Assembly (NCBI GenBank): GCA_018816945.1
Contig: JAHIVC010000030.1
Span: 13,053-77,052, forward strand
Length of the DNA: 64,000 nucleotides
Direction: 5' to 3'
Origin: Bacteroidota bacterium
Lineage (GTDB): Bacteria; Bacteroidota; Bacteroidia; Bacteroidales; GCA-2711565
The translations under genes were made by a program, and so were the position numbers. How positions within the stretch are numbered: the stretch's first letter is position 1; the number at the start of each line of letters is the position of its first letter. Positions 38,094 through 47,582 of this stretch are shown here, piece by piece. The notes beneath the pieces are model-generated. The model saw only the letters and a list, made by a program, of their open reading frames with translations, was not told where the DNA came from and ran no database searches.

Positions 38094-39155
38094 TTAAAAG
38101 GGTCCTTTAAATTCTTTATTGGGAATATCAAGTGGACTTTTCTGAACAATGCCAAGTTCCTCCTCAGTTTTCTCAGTTTTACCGAGCATTTTTAATACTG
38201 AGTTTATAATGTTGATGGCTCGTGGATGATAGTATTTCGTTAGCCCGGGACTACTCGGAGATGGAAAGTCGGGAAGAGTAAGACGAACAGGATTTGCCTT
38301 AAGAAATCCAAATGCTTCCTCTGATGTTATTGCAATGATTTCGCCGGCAATACCACCAGTTTTCCAGGCCTGATCGGCAACTACCAAATGTCCTGTCTTT
38401 TTAACAGATTCAATAACGCAATATGTATCTAAAGGCCTGATTGAGCGCATATCGATCACCTCAACATCAACCCCAAGTTTTTCCAATACTTTTGCAGCAA
38501 ATAATGATTCTATAACCATATATGAGAATGCAACGATAGTAACATTGGAGCCGGATCTGGCAATATTCGCCTTTCCAATAGGTATTCTAAAAATACCATC
38601 CGGCACATTTCCTGTAATGTTGTGCAACCACCTATGCTCCAAAAAGATAACAGGATTATTGTCTTCAACGGCAGATATCATTAGTCCTTTTGCATCATTT
38701 GGAGTTGCAGGCATTACAACTTTAAGTCCGGGTACATGGGCAAACAGTGCATGAAGGCTTTGTGAATGCTGAGGTCCCTGGCCCCATCCACGCCCAATAA
38801 ACATTCTGATTACCAGAGGCATTGAGGATTTGCCCCCAAACATATAATACCAGTTTGCCGCCTGATTTATGATCTGTTCTGTGGACAGAAGGGCAAACTC
38901 CATCCGGTGATGTGCCATAATAGGTCGCATTCCGGTAAGGGCTGAACCGATTGCCACACCTGTCATTCCGTTTTCAGCGGTTGGCATATCCATTGCTCTC
39001 AACTTGCCATACTTTTCTTGTAACCCAATCGTTGTACCAAAAAATCCGGAGGGATCGGGGACTCCCAAACCCATAATATACACTGTATCGTCTTTTGCCA
39101 TGCACAAATCAATGGCCTCAGATAGTGCCTTTGCATAGGTAATAATTCTTTCCAT
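38094..39155 (-). CDS. 2-oxoacid dehydrogenase E1 beta-like subunit (transketolase Pyr/C-terminal domains)
   Basis: 353 aa; VYIMGLGV, MDMPTAENGMTGVAIGSALTGMRPI, IRPLD. Confidence 0.85.
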   Translation of the reverse strand: MERIITYAKALSEAIDLCMAKDDTVYIMGLGVPDPSGFFGTTIGLQEKYGKLRAMDMPTAENGMTGVAIGSALTGMRPIMAHHRMEFALLSTEQIINQAANWYYMFGGKSSMPLVIRMFIGRGWGQGPQHSQSLHALFAHVPGLKVVMPATPNDAKGLMISAVEDNNPVIFLEHRWLHNITGNVPDGIFRIPIGKANIARSGSNVTIVAFSYMVIESLFAAKVLEKLGVDVEVIDMRSIRPLDTYCVIESVKKTGHLVVADQAWKTGGIAGEIIAITSEEAFGFLKANPVRLTLPDFPSPSSPGLTKYYHPRAINIINSVLKMLGKTEKTEEELGIVQKSPLDIPNKEFKGPF

Positions 39156-39176
39156 TTTACTTCTTTTTGACTTTAA

Positions 39177-40136
39177 CTAGGCGTAAAGGTGAGTATAAAG
39201 CGATGCCTCTTCCGGATAGGGCGCTGATTTTGCAAAAGTAAAAGATTCGTCAATCTCCATATTTATTAGATTGGACATCTGCTGAATCTCAAATTCAAAA
39301 TTTTCATCTGCAGCTAATTTCAATGCAAGCATTTTTAGCGGATCCCTCTCTTTCCAGGAATTGAATTCTTCTTCTGTCCTATACCCCAATTGATTGTCAA
39401 AATTGGGTCCGCAATGCTCATAATAGCGATAGGTTGAAAGCTCCAACAATGTCGGTCCACCACCCATGCGAGCCTTTTCAACAGCCTTTTTTGTAGCTTC
39501 ATATACTGCTATAATATCATTCCCGTCACATTTATTTGCGTCAACTCCATGAGCTTTAGCAATGTCAATTAAATTTCGTTCTTGGGGTTGTCTGACATAA
39601 AGAGGGGAGTAAACGGAGTACAGATTATTTTCGCAAATGAAAATTACAGGTAGTTTATGTAAAGCTGCATAATTTAAGCTTTCTGAAAAAACTCCTTCTT
39701 CTGTTGCAGCATCACCAAAAAAAGCAACGCTAACCAGCGATTTATTTTGCATTTTAAAACCAAGGGCAATACCAACGCCTATTGGAATTGTACTTCCAAC
39801 AATTGGTACTGCATAAAACCCAATAGTAGGATCAACAAGATGCATTGAACCCCCTTTCCCTCCGCAGCATCCAGTTACTTTACCATAAAGTTCGCTTATC
39901 ATTGCTTTAAGATCACCCCCTTTTGCTAAATAATGTGCGTGCGAGCGATGGGTGCTTAAGGCAAAATCATTTTCTCCCAATGCATTACATACACCAACAG
40001 CTGTTCCTTCCTGCCCGACACTGAGGTGAACCGGGCATCTCATTTCCTGCTCAGGATAGATTTCAGCAATTTTTTCTTCAACTAGTCTGATTCGAAGCAT
40101 TTTATAGTATAATGATTTCAATTCTTTATATTCCAT
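39177..40136 (-). CDS. ThDP-dependent 2-oxoacid dehydrogenase E1 alpha-like subunit
   Basis: ThDP-binding motif FFGDAATEEGVFSESLNYAALHKLPVIFICENN; YRYYEHCGP. Confidence 0.85.
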   Translation of the reverse strand: MEYKELKSLYYKMLRIRLVEEKIAEIYPEQEMRCPVHLSVGQEGTAVGVCNALGENDFALSTHRSHAHYLAKGGDLKAMISELYGKVTGCCGGKGGSMHLVDPTIGFYAVPIVGSTIPIGVGIALGFKMQNKSLVSVAFFGDAATEEGVFSESLNYAALHKLPVIFICENNLYSVYSPLYVRQPQERNLIDIAKAHGVDANKCDGNDIIAVYEATKKAVEKARMGGGPTLLELSTYRYYEHCGPNFDNQLGYRTEEEFNSWKERDPLKMLALKLAADENFEFEIQQMSNLINMEIDESFTFAKSAPYPEEASLYTHLYA

Positions 40137-40205
40137 AAGAGTTTTTTTAAATAAACAATAACATACAAATTTTATTAGAATTCTTTTTAAGTAAATGAAT
40201 CATCG

Positions 40206-41312
40206 TTAAAGAGAATTATAAAATTTCTTTATTACAAAGATTGTATATGCCAGAAGATCTTCATTAATGTATTGGTGTGCGGGAAGAGTGAGTATCTCTT
40301 TTCCATATGTTTCAGATACCGGAAAATCCCCAATTTTATAACCAAGATTTTTGGCAGCTTCCTGCAAATGCAGTGGGATAGGATAGTGTATCTTTGCATC
40401 AATACCGTTTTCTATTAAATATGCTTTTAGTTCATCTCTTCTTTCAAACCGAGCCATATATAGGCTGTAGGTTTCTCTGTATCCATGTGGTCTGGGAGGA
40501 ACTTTAACAAAGGGATATAATTGTTTTAACCCTTCATCTAATATTTTAGCATTATTATTGCGCATTACCACAGTCTCTTCTACTGTTTTTAGCACATGTC
40601 CTGCCACGATGGCCTGTAGTGGTTGTAATCTCATATTAACTCCCCATATACGATTATGATCTCTATCAACCATGCCATGGTTTCTATACATTCTCATCCA
40701 GTCTGCAAGCCTATCATCATTGGTACTTACCATCCCGCCATCACCCATTACGTTCAAGGGTTTTAAGGGGTGCATACTCCACGCGCTTATATGACCTATA
40801 GTGCCAGCGTGACAATTGTTTACAGTTCCACCTGGGGCCATACAAGCATCTTCAAGCACCTTAACACCATGGAATTGTGCGATTTTCATGATAGCCTGAA
40901 TGTTAGGAGAAGCACCTCCCCAGTGAACAGGGAGAATTACTTTGGTTTTAGGGGTAATTGCATCAACAATCTTATTTTCATCCATCTGATAGCGATCGTC
41001 AATATCTATAAAAACAGGACGAGCGCCAACAGCAATAATAGCTCCGATAGTTGCATAAAAAGTAATCGGAACTGAAATAACTTCATCATCTGGACCAACC
41101 CCTATGGCTTTTAAAGCAAGAATTAATGCATCTGTTCCTGTATTTGTTCCGATCACATGCTTACATCCAATAAAATCAGCAAATTTCTTTTCGAATTTCT
41201 CCACATAAGGGCCAAGTGTAAATTCTGTTGAACAAATAAGATCTTTCCATTCAGTAAAGATTTCCTCATTATTAGCAAACTGCATCGGGAGGTAGTTGTA
41301 CGGTACTTTCAT
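40206..41312 (-). CDS. DegT/DnrJ/EryC1/StrS-family sugar aminotransferase
   Basis: 368 aa; GTDALILALKAIGVGPDDEVI, SMHPLKPLNVMGDGGMV (PLP-Lys region). Confidence 0.85.
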   Translation of the reverse strand: MKVPYNYLPMQFANNEEIFTEWKDLICSTEFTLGPYVEKFEKKFADFIGCKHVIGTNTGTDALILALKAIGVGPDDEVISVPITFYATIGAIIAVGARPVFIDIDDRYQMDENKIVDAITPKTKVILPVHWGGASPNIQAIMKIAQFHGVKVLEDACMAPGGTVNNCHAGTIGHISAWSMHPLKPLNVMGDGGMVSTNDDRLADWMRMYRNHGMVDRDHNRIWGVNMRLQPLQAIVAGHVLKTVEETVVMRNNNAKILDEGLKQLYPFVKVPPRPHGYRETYSLYMARFERRDELKAYLIENGIDAKIHYPIPLHLQEAAKNLGYKIGDFPVSETYGKEILTLPAHQYINEDLLAYTIFVIKKFYNSL

Positions 41313-41319
41313 TGGAATT

Positions 41320-42435
41320 TTATCTTTTTGTATAATAATTTTTAATCAATTCAGCAACCCAATCTTGTTGTTGATAAGTCATACTGGGGAATAGAGGCAA
41401 GCTTAGGATCCGATCAACATGTTTCATCGTTTGGGGAAAATCAGAAACTTTATATCCCAAGTATTTAGCAGCCGGTTGAAGATGAATAGGTGTTGCATAG
41501 TGAATCAATGCCTGAACTCCATTTTCAATCAAATAATTTTGCAAACCATCTCTTTGTTCCGCTAAAATAACATAGGTTTGATAAACACAATATTCACCAG
41601 GGCCTTCATCAGGGGTCTTAACATAAGGTTTTAATAAACGATTGTATCTTAATGCCATTTCTCTTTTGGCGGCATTATAGTTGTCAAGTTGGCGCAGCTG
41701 GATTCTCAAAAATGAGGCTTGTAATTCATCAAGCCGGGTATTATAACTCCAGAAGTCGCATTGTTCCCGATTGACAAGGCCATGATTTCTTGCGATCTTC
41801 AATCGGTTATAAAGAGCTTCATGTTTTGTAGTAATCATTCCGCCATCACCTATTGCTTTCAAATTCTTCAATGGATGCAGACTAAAACAAGCAGCATCAC
41901 CCCAACTTCCCACACGTTTGCCATGTATTGATGCCCCAACAGATTGTGCCGCATCCTCTATAACGAATAGATTATATTTCTTGGCGATCTCAAGGATCTG
42001 AGGCATTTTTGCCGGCCTACCGGTTAAGTGTACAGCGATGATAGCTTTTGTTTTTTTGGTAACAACCGATTCAAGTTTATTGGGATCCATATTTCCATCC
42101 TCTCCAATATCAACAAATACAGGTTTGGCTCCTGCCAATGCAATTGAAGATGCTGAAGCAATAAATGAATTTGAAACTGTAATTACCTCCGCATCCTTCT
42201 TCAAATTTAAAGCTTGCATGGTCAGATAAAGAGCATCAGTTCCATTGGCCACACCCAGAGAAAACGGTGTCTGACAATAGGAGGCAAATTCCATTTCAAA
42301 ATTTGACAATTCAGGTCCCAGAATGTATTGACCACTTAGTAACACTTTTTCAAAGACTTTTATATAATCTTCCTTAAATGCTTTTGCTTCTTCCCCAAGA
42401 GCCGCATAAGGGACCGTCCATTGTTTTTGTGTCAT
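41320..42435 (-). CDS. DegT/DnrJ/EryC1/StrS-family sugar aminotransferase
   Basis: GTDALYLTMQALNLKKDAEVI, SLHPLKNLKAIGDGGMI. Start set at ATG 42435 (MTQKQW), giving an ATGA overlap with the Nudix stop. Confidence 0.85.
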   Translation of the reverse strand: MTQKQWTVPYAALGEEAKAFKEDYIKVFEKVLLSGQYILGPELSNFEMEFASYCQTPFSLGVANGTDALYLTMQALNLKKDAEVITVSNSFIASASSIALAGAKPVFVDIGEDGNMDPNKLESVVTKKTKAIIAVHLTGRPAKMPQILEIAKKYNLFVIEDAAQSVGASIHGKRVGSWGDAACFSLHPLKNLKAIGDGGMITTKHEALYNRLKIARNHGLVNREQCDFWSYNTRLDELQASFLRIQLRQLDNYNAAKREMALRYNRLLKPYVKTPDEGPGEYCVYQTYVILAEQRDGLQNYLIENGVQALIHYATPIHLQPAAKYLGYKVSDFPQTMKHVDRILSLPLFPSMTYQQQDWVAELIKNYYTKR

Positions 42436-42875
42436 GATTTTTCGAAAGTTAATTTTGATACTTTTAGAGCCAAATCCCAAACATCAATTAAATATCCTGG
42501 AATATCATAGAATTTAGCCTGATCACGATTTATAAATTTCAGGTCTTGGCCTTCCATACACTTATAATTTTGAATTTCATCATAAAATGCCCAATAAACT
42601 GTTAACATATATGGATTCCAACCCTCAACGTGGTCTTCGAATTCAGTAAGTAATTTCAGATCAGGGCAGTCATAATTGGTTTCTTCAAGCAATTCTCTGC
42701 GTGTACAGGTTTTCATATCCTCATTTTGTTCAGCATGTCCTCCTGGGGGTACCCATTTTCCTGAATGTCTAAGGCCTTCTTTATGATCGCGCAGTTGCAT
42801 CAAAACAGCCCCATCTTTACGAATGAGCATAACAGCCCCCACACGCCCAGATAATCGATTATCATTAAATGCCAT
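42432..42875 (-). CDS. Nudix hydrolase
   Basis: Nudix box GGHAEQNEDMKTCTRRELLEETNY (Gx5Ex7REUxEExGU). Confidence 0.8.
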   Translation of the reverse strand: MAFNDNRLSGRVGAVMLIRKDGAVLMQLRDHKEGLRHSGKWVPPGGHAEQNEDMKTCTRRELLEETNYDCPDLKLLTEFEDHVEGWNPYMLTVYWAFYDEIQNYKCMEGQDLKFINRDQAKFYDIPGYLIDVWDLALKVSKLTFEKS

Positions 42876-42888
42876 TTGTGTTCAATTT

Positions 42889-43776
42889 TTAAGACTTAGA
42901 TTTTAATCTCCTAAATGTCTTCTCAATACCATCGGCTAATGTTGTATATCTAAAATCAGGAAAAGAAGCTAAAGAGGCAGAATTATCAAACGGTCTGTAT
43001 CCGTTATGAGGCATTGGCACTAATCTGGGTATGGTGTTTATGATTGTCGGAGGATTAAAATATTCTGAAACCATTTCAGCAATTTCCCGAAACGAAACAG
43101 CAGTACCTGTAGCGATATTTAAAACGCCTTCACTATAATGAAGAATAATAAGCCGTAAAAGATTTACCAAATCGTCAATATAAACATGATCGCGTCGTTC
43201 TTCCCCTTCTCCAAATAGCGTAATTTCCTTATTGGAAAAAGCAAGCCGAAGAAACTGATTAGGACCATATCCATTATGGGTATCTTCGGCACCATAAAGT
43301 AAACTTGGACGCAGTATAGCCATTGGAACAGAACAAACCTGTTTTAACATAATCTCTCTGCACAAATGCATAATACCATGTATTGAACCCGGTTCCGCAT
43401 TTGAAGTTTCTGTCAGGGGATTAGGTCTATCAGCATAAACAGCATCAGAACTCAAATAAATAAGATGTTTTGGTTGTTTTTTTTCAATAGCGTCACATAC
43501 TGCTTTCATCATAGAGATGTTTTGAAGAAGCATTTCATTGTTTTTACAGGGAGCAATGGCTGAAATTACAACCAGAGTATCGTATGGATGCAGAATATTT
43601 GACAAACGATCAGATGCCTCTGCATCAAACAGATTCATGTTTTTTTCCGTTAAGGCCAGAAAAGGAATTTTATTTTCATATAGATTTTTAACTAGGGAAG
43701 CACCGACAAATCCACCGGCACCCATTACAACAACTCTATTAGGAATTGTTTTTACAAAGGTGTTATGTTTAAGCAT
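42889..43776 (-). CDS. NAD-dependent epimerase/dehydratase family protein
   Basis: VVVMGAGGFVGASL Rossmann motif; SDR-like length. Confidence 0.75.
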   Translation of the reverse strand: MLKHNTFVKTIPNRVVVMGAGGFVGASLVKNLYENKIPFLALTEKNMNLFDAEASDRLSNILHPYDTLVVISAIAPCKNNEMLLQNISMMKAVCDAIEKKQPKHLIYLSSDAVYADRPNPLTETSNAEPGSIHGIMHLCREIMLKQVCSVPMAILRPSLLYGAEDTHNGYGPNQFLRLAFSNKEITLFGEGEERRDHVYIDDLVNLLRLIILHYSEGVLNIATGTAVSFREIAEMVSEYFNPPTIINTIPRLVPMPHNGYRPFDNSASLASFPDFRYTTLADGIEKTFRRLKSKS

Positions 43777-43802
43777 ATGGTAGTTTTCATGATAATTAAG
43801 TC

Positions 43803-45089
43803 TTATTTCTTTTTGATATCAATGGGTGCACCGAGTGTAAAATAATCCAGCCCTGCATTTTTCACCTGCTCATAATCTAAAATACCATACGGATCAATAA
43901 CAATCTTACCTTTCATCTTTTGTGCAAGTTCATTTGCAGAAATATCTTTGAATTCAGGCCATGCAGTCATAATTAATAATGCATCTGCATTAATTGCTAC
44001 ATCAATAGCCTTACTTGCATTAATTATATTTTTACCTGCAATTTCAGTTTTAACAATAGGATCATAAGCAGTAACCCGACATTTGTTAAGGTTATTAATT
44101 AAAATAATTGCAGGAGAGTTTTTAATGCTATGAGTATTTTCTTTGTAGGCCAAGCCAAGTATTCCAATAGTAGCATTTGGATTCTCTTTTAATAGTACTT
44201 CATTTAATATTTTAAAAGGCCAGTTTTTCCTGTAATTACTATTATACACCCAAGAGGCCACTATTCCTCCATCTGTTTCATTTTTTTTTGCTAATTCTAG
44301 CACTGTAATTAGGTCTCTTTCTAAGTTTCCACCTGAAATTCCTAAACCCGGTTGAATATAACTATATTGTCCAATACGGCGATCTAGTTTGAGAGCCGGA
44401 ATAATTTCTGACCATTTTGCACCAATTTTTTCGCAAATTTCAGCCATTGTATTTGCGGCACTAACTGATGCCACCAAGCATACATTAATAGAAATTTTTG
44501 CTAACTCGGCACTTTCATAGCGCATAGCCAAAATGGGACAATCAAAGGCCTTTAAATAGTTTTCAAAAATTACAGGTAATGGTAATTGAGGGTTCGCACA
44601 GCCAATGATATATCTTTCAGGGTATAAGCCTCTTTCTACAGCTCTTCCAAAGATTAAAGTTTCTACCTGATAAATAAGGCGCTCAGAATCAAAATCGATC
44701 TGTCTGGTGAAACCAGGAGGAACCTGTGATAAAATAACCAATATTGCAGATGAGTTCAACGAAGGCTTGATCTGCTCAATAATATTATTAATGGGATTGA
44801 GATCGCTAATTCCCTCATCGTTAGTTGGAATATCAACAGAAACATAAACAATATCGCATTCTGAAAGTAGAGCTGTATCATTTGTAAAAGTCAGCAGCTC
44901 TTTATATTTTTTAAATAATTCATCCAGTTGAGGCTCTTCAATAGGTAATATGGCCATATTCAATTCATCAATAAGTTTCTTGTCATCCTGAAATCCAATA
45001 ATCTGATATCCTTTTGAAGCAGCAGATATAGATGAAATAATTCCAAGATGAGTCATCCCCGCAAATCCAATAATAGTTTTTTGGTTCAT
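43803..45089 (-). CDS. UDP-glucose/GDP-mannose dehydrogenase-family protein with Asn in place of the catalytic Cys
   Basis: LDRRIGQYSYIQPGLGISGGNLERD aligns by eye to D.RIG....P..G.GG.C.PKD. C-terminal GLAYKENTHSIKNSPA...AYDP matches the UDP-binding domain. Confidence 0.7.
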   Translation of the reverse strand: MNQKTIIGFAGMTHLGIISSISAASKGYQIIGFQDDKKLIDELNMAILPIEEPQLDELFKKYKELLTFTNDTALLSECDIVYVSVDIPTNDEGISDLNPINNIIEQIKPSLNSSAILVILSQVPPGFTRQIDFDSERLIYQVETLIFGRAVERGLYPERYIIGCANPQLPLPVIFENYLKAFDCPILAMRYESAELAKISINVCLVASVSAANTMAEICEKIGAKWSEIIPALKLDRRIGQYSYIQPGLGISGGNLERDLITVLELAKKNETDGGIVASWVYNSNYRKNWPFKILNEVLLKENPNATIGILGLAYKENTHSIKNSPAIILINNLNKCRVTAYDPIVKTEIAGKNIINASKAIDVAINADALLIMTAWPEFKDISANELAQKMKGKIVIDPYGILDYEQVKNAGLDYFTLGAPIDIKKK

Positions 45090-46015
45090 ATTAAAGCCCT
45101 TCCCTCTTTATGGAGTTTTTTTAAAAATTTATTAATAATAAGATCGTTTTCAATATTGCCATCTTTACCGTTTAAACAAAGATTTTTAAAATGGGAATAT
45201 TCTAATTCCCAAGTTGGATCAGCTTTCACAAGTGTTACAGATTCTTCCGGGGGCCTTCCACTTGGGAGAACTCTTTTTCGATAAGTAAATGTGGAAGGTC
45301 CCCATTTGCAAAGTGAGTCAATATGTATACTTCCATTTTCTCCATAGACTTCTGCAACGAAATGATTTCTCCAACTAAGAATACTCATTTCCATTTCAAC
45401 CTGAATTGAAGAGGTAGATCCAAAAATAATATTATCGAAGGAATTATTTTCGAAACATTTGGCACTCCATATTTTAATATCTGCTGGAATTGAATTAAAG
45501 GCAAACATAAATGTGTCTAAAAGATGCGAACCCAAATCGGGCAAAACACCACCACCATCAGGCAAATCACGCCAAGGGGAATTACGAACATCTCTTGCCG
45601 TACCATTTCCATAGAAAAACCGAACTTTATATATTTTACCCAAAGCCCCAGATTCAATGGTTTCTTTTAACCGAATAAAATGTGGTTCAAATCTATGGTT
45701 GTAAGCAGTATAGCACACAATGTTTTTTGCCTTTACCAGATTGGCAAGGTTTTCAAGTTCCGCTTGATCTTCTGAAATCAAAGGTTTTTCAACTAATACG
45801 TGTTTGCCATGTTGAGCCAGATAACTAATAATTTCAATTTTTGGTTCATCAGGAATACATAGTAGAGCAGCATCAAAAAGGTCTAAAGGTACATCTTCAA
45901 TGTCTTTAAAGTCAGCATCAGAGGTTGCAGGATCGACGGTTGCAACCACATCATTACCAGCAATTCTCTTTCGCTTAACTCCTTGAATACCAAGACCAAC
46001 AACAATAACTTTCAT
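45086..46015 (-). CDS. Gfo/Idh/MocA-family oxidoreductase (WbpB-like position)
   Basis: MKVIVVGLGIQG, VLVEKPL; 4-nt overlap with the downstream gene. Confidence 0.8.
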   Translation of the reverse strand: MKVIVVGLGIQGVKRKRIAGNDVVATVDPATSDADFKDIEDVPLDLFDAALLCIPDEPKIEIISYLAQHGKHVLVEKPLISEDQAELENLANLVKAKNIVCYTAYNHRFEPHFIRLKETIESGALGKIYKVRFFYGNGTARDVRNSPWRDLPDGGGVLPDLGSHLLDTFMFAFNSIPADIKIWSAKCFENNSFDNIIFGSTSSIQVEMEMSILSWRNHFVAEVYGENGSIHIDSLCKWGPSTFTYRKRVLPSGRPPEESVTLVKADPTWELEYSHFKNLCLNGKDGNIENDLIINKFLKKLHKEGRALI

Positions 46016-46024
46016 GTGATTAGA

Positions 46025-47581
46025 TTATTCTTCATTAAAATTTGCTGTTTTTTCAACTGCATCAAGTTTAGCCAATACATCCATTGGATTAATAGGTATA
46101 TTTCCATCAAACTCACATTCACAGGCTGCAGCCATTGATCCTATGATGGTCGCAATTGCTTCTGATCCACTTGAAAGCAACGAAAGTGTTGCATAAGCCA
46201 AAAGTGCATCGCCAGAGCCAACAGCATCTAAAACTCTTTCGGCAAAACTATCTATTGCAAAGAAGTTGCTTACGCATTTTTTTTCTTCAGATGGAATTGT
46301 AAAGACACCTCTGTCTCCAAGCTTTAATATTAAAGATTTACAATTCGTAATTTCTTTTAGTGAACCTGCAAGTTTTCCAACTGTTGAATCCTGGTCTGCA
46401 AGTGAAAAGCGCGCTTCTCGTTCATTTGGAGTTAAAAGATCGAAGTTTTTAAAATCTGTAATATTTCCCCATCGGGAGGCAACCTGACTATCGGCTACGC
46501 GAAATGTATTAATTGGAATTGCCTCAATCAACCTATTAATCGTTGATCGATTAAATATTCCATGCCTAAAATCACTAAATACAATAGCATCCGTTGAAGT
46601 ATTCTTAATACTATCGATCAGTTGATCAAGAATTTTAACAGAGATAGTAGCGTTATCAAGTGTGTCTATTTTAAGTAGTCGATACCCCCCCGCTATAATT
46701 ACATTTTTATTGACAGTCGGCCTTGTAGGGTCAATTATGGGGATTGTATTTATTCCTGTATCTTTAAGTCCTGCAATTACAAAGTCTTTTAATTGATCAT
46801 TGCCCAGAACTGTTGAAAATACAACATCTGCTCCAGCTGCTTGAAGATGTTGGGCAACAATTCCTGCACCTCCGATATAATCATCCTTACCAATATAACG
46901 AACACTGAAAGTAGGAGTTTTTGTCTGACCACCAATCAGAACAGTTCTTGTGTAAGTATCTACAATAGTATCACCAACTACATGAACCTTCAGACCTTTT
47001 AGTGATGAAAGTGTATGCCTAAGGTCATCAAATGAAATATTTTCAACATTCATAAGCGAAAGTAATTTTTCGATATGAATTTTAGGTCTAGAAAGGTTTA
47101 TGAACGTTGAAGATGAATACACAACATCTCCTGGTGTAAAAACCATCTCACCTCCATATTCATTAACAACATTAGCCTCTTCTTGAGTACTAGGAGGTAG
47201 ACCTGTTGAGGTGTATTCAAATCCTTTAGCAAAATAATTTGGTTTAATTTTCCTTATAATTTTCAGAGGTTTTTGGTTGTCATCAATAATAACATAATCT
47301 ACCATTTCATAGGCAGCCAGATTCAAAGCTCGCAATTGTTCTGGAACGTGAGGTCGATAAATTCCCTTATCGATGTATTTGTCTGAGGTAATACTTGCTA
47401 TTAGAATATCGGCCTTTGATTTAGCATACGCCAAATGGCGTACATGCCCGGGATGAACAACATCAAAAACTCCATGACAAAGAATTACTTTCTTTTCACG
47501 AGAAAAAGGACCTATTATTTCTATTAAATCGTCAATTATTTTAAGTTTTGGACGATACTTCTCAAAAAAATCTTGTTCCAT
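46025..47581 (-). CDS. bifunctional nucleotidyltransferase (N-terminal) / PfkB sugar kinase (C-terminal), HldE-like with reversed domain order
   Basis: N-terminus: HGVFDVVHPGHVRHL (HxGH cytidylyltransferase-fold motif). C-terminus: IGGAGIVAQHL and DAVGSGDALLA (PfkB signatures). Confidence 0.8.
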   Translation of the reverse strand: MEQDFFEKYRPKLKIIDDLIEIIGPFSREKKVILCHGVFDVVHPGHVRHLAYAKSKADILIASITSDKYIDKGIYRPHVPEQLRALNLAAYEMVDYVIIDDNQKPLKIIRKIKPNYFAKGFEYTSTGLPPSTQEEANVVNEYGGEMVFTPGDVVYSSSTFINLSRPKIHIEKLLSLMNVENISFDDLRHTLSSLKGLKVHVVGDTIVDTYTRTVLIGGQTKTPTFSVRYIGKDDYIGGAGIVAQHLQAAGADVVFSTVLGNDQLKDFVIAGLKDTGINTIPIIDPTRPTVNKNVIIAGGYRLLKIDTLDNATISVKILDQLIDSIKNTSTDAIVFSDFRHGIFNRSTINRLIEAIPINTFRVADSQVASRWGNITDFKNFDLLTPNEREARFSLADQDSTVGKLAGSLKEITNCKSLILKLGDRGVFTIPSEEKKCVSNFFAIDSFAERVLDAVGSGDALLAYATLSLLSSGSEAIATIIGSMAAACECEFDGNIPINPMDVLAKLDAVEKTANFNEE

Positions 47582-47582
47582 A

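Noticed and set aside
38094-40136. Housekeeping pyruvate, branched-chain or acetoin dehydrogenase complex
   Set aside because: No E2 (lipoyl) or E3 genes are present. The pair is embedded and co-oriented within sugar aminotransferase, SDR and methyltransferase genes of a glycan operon.
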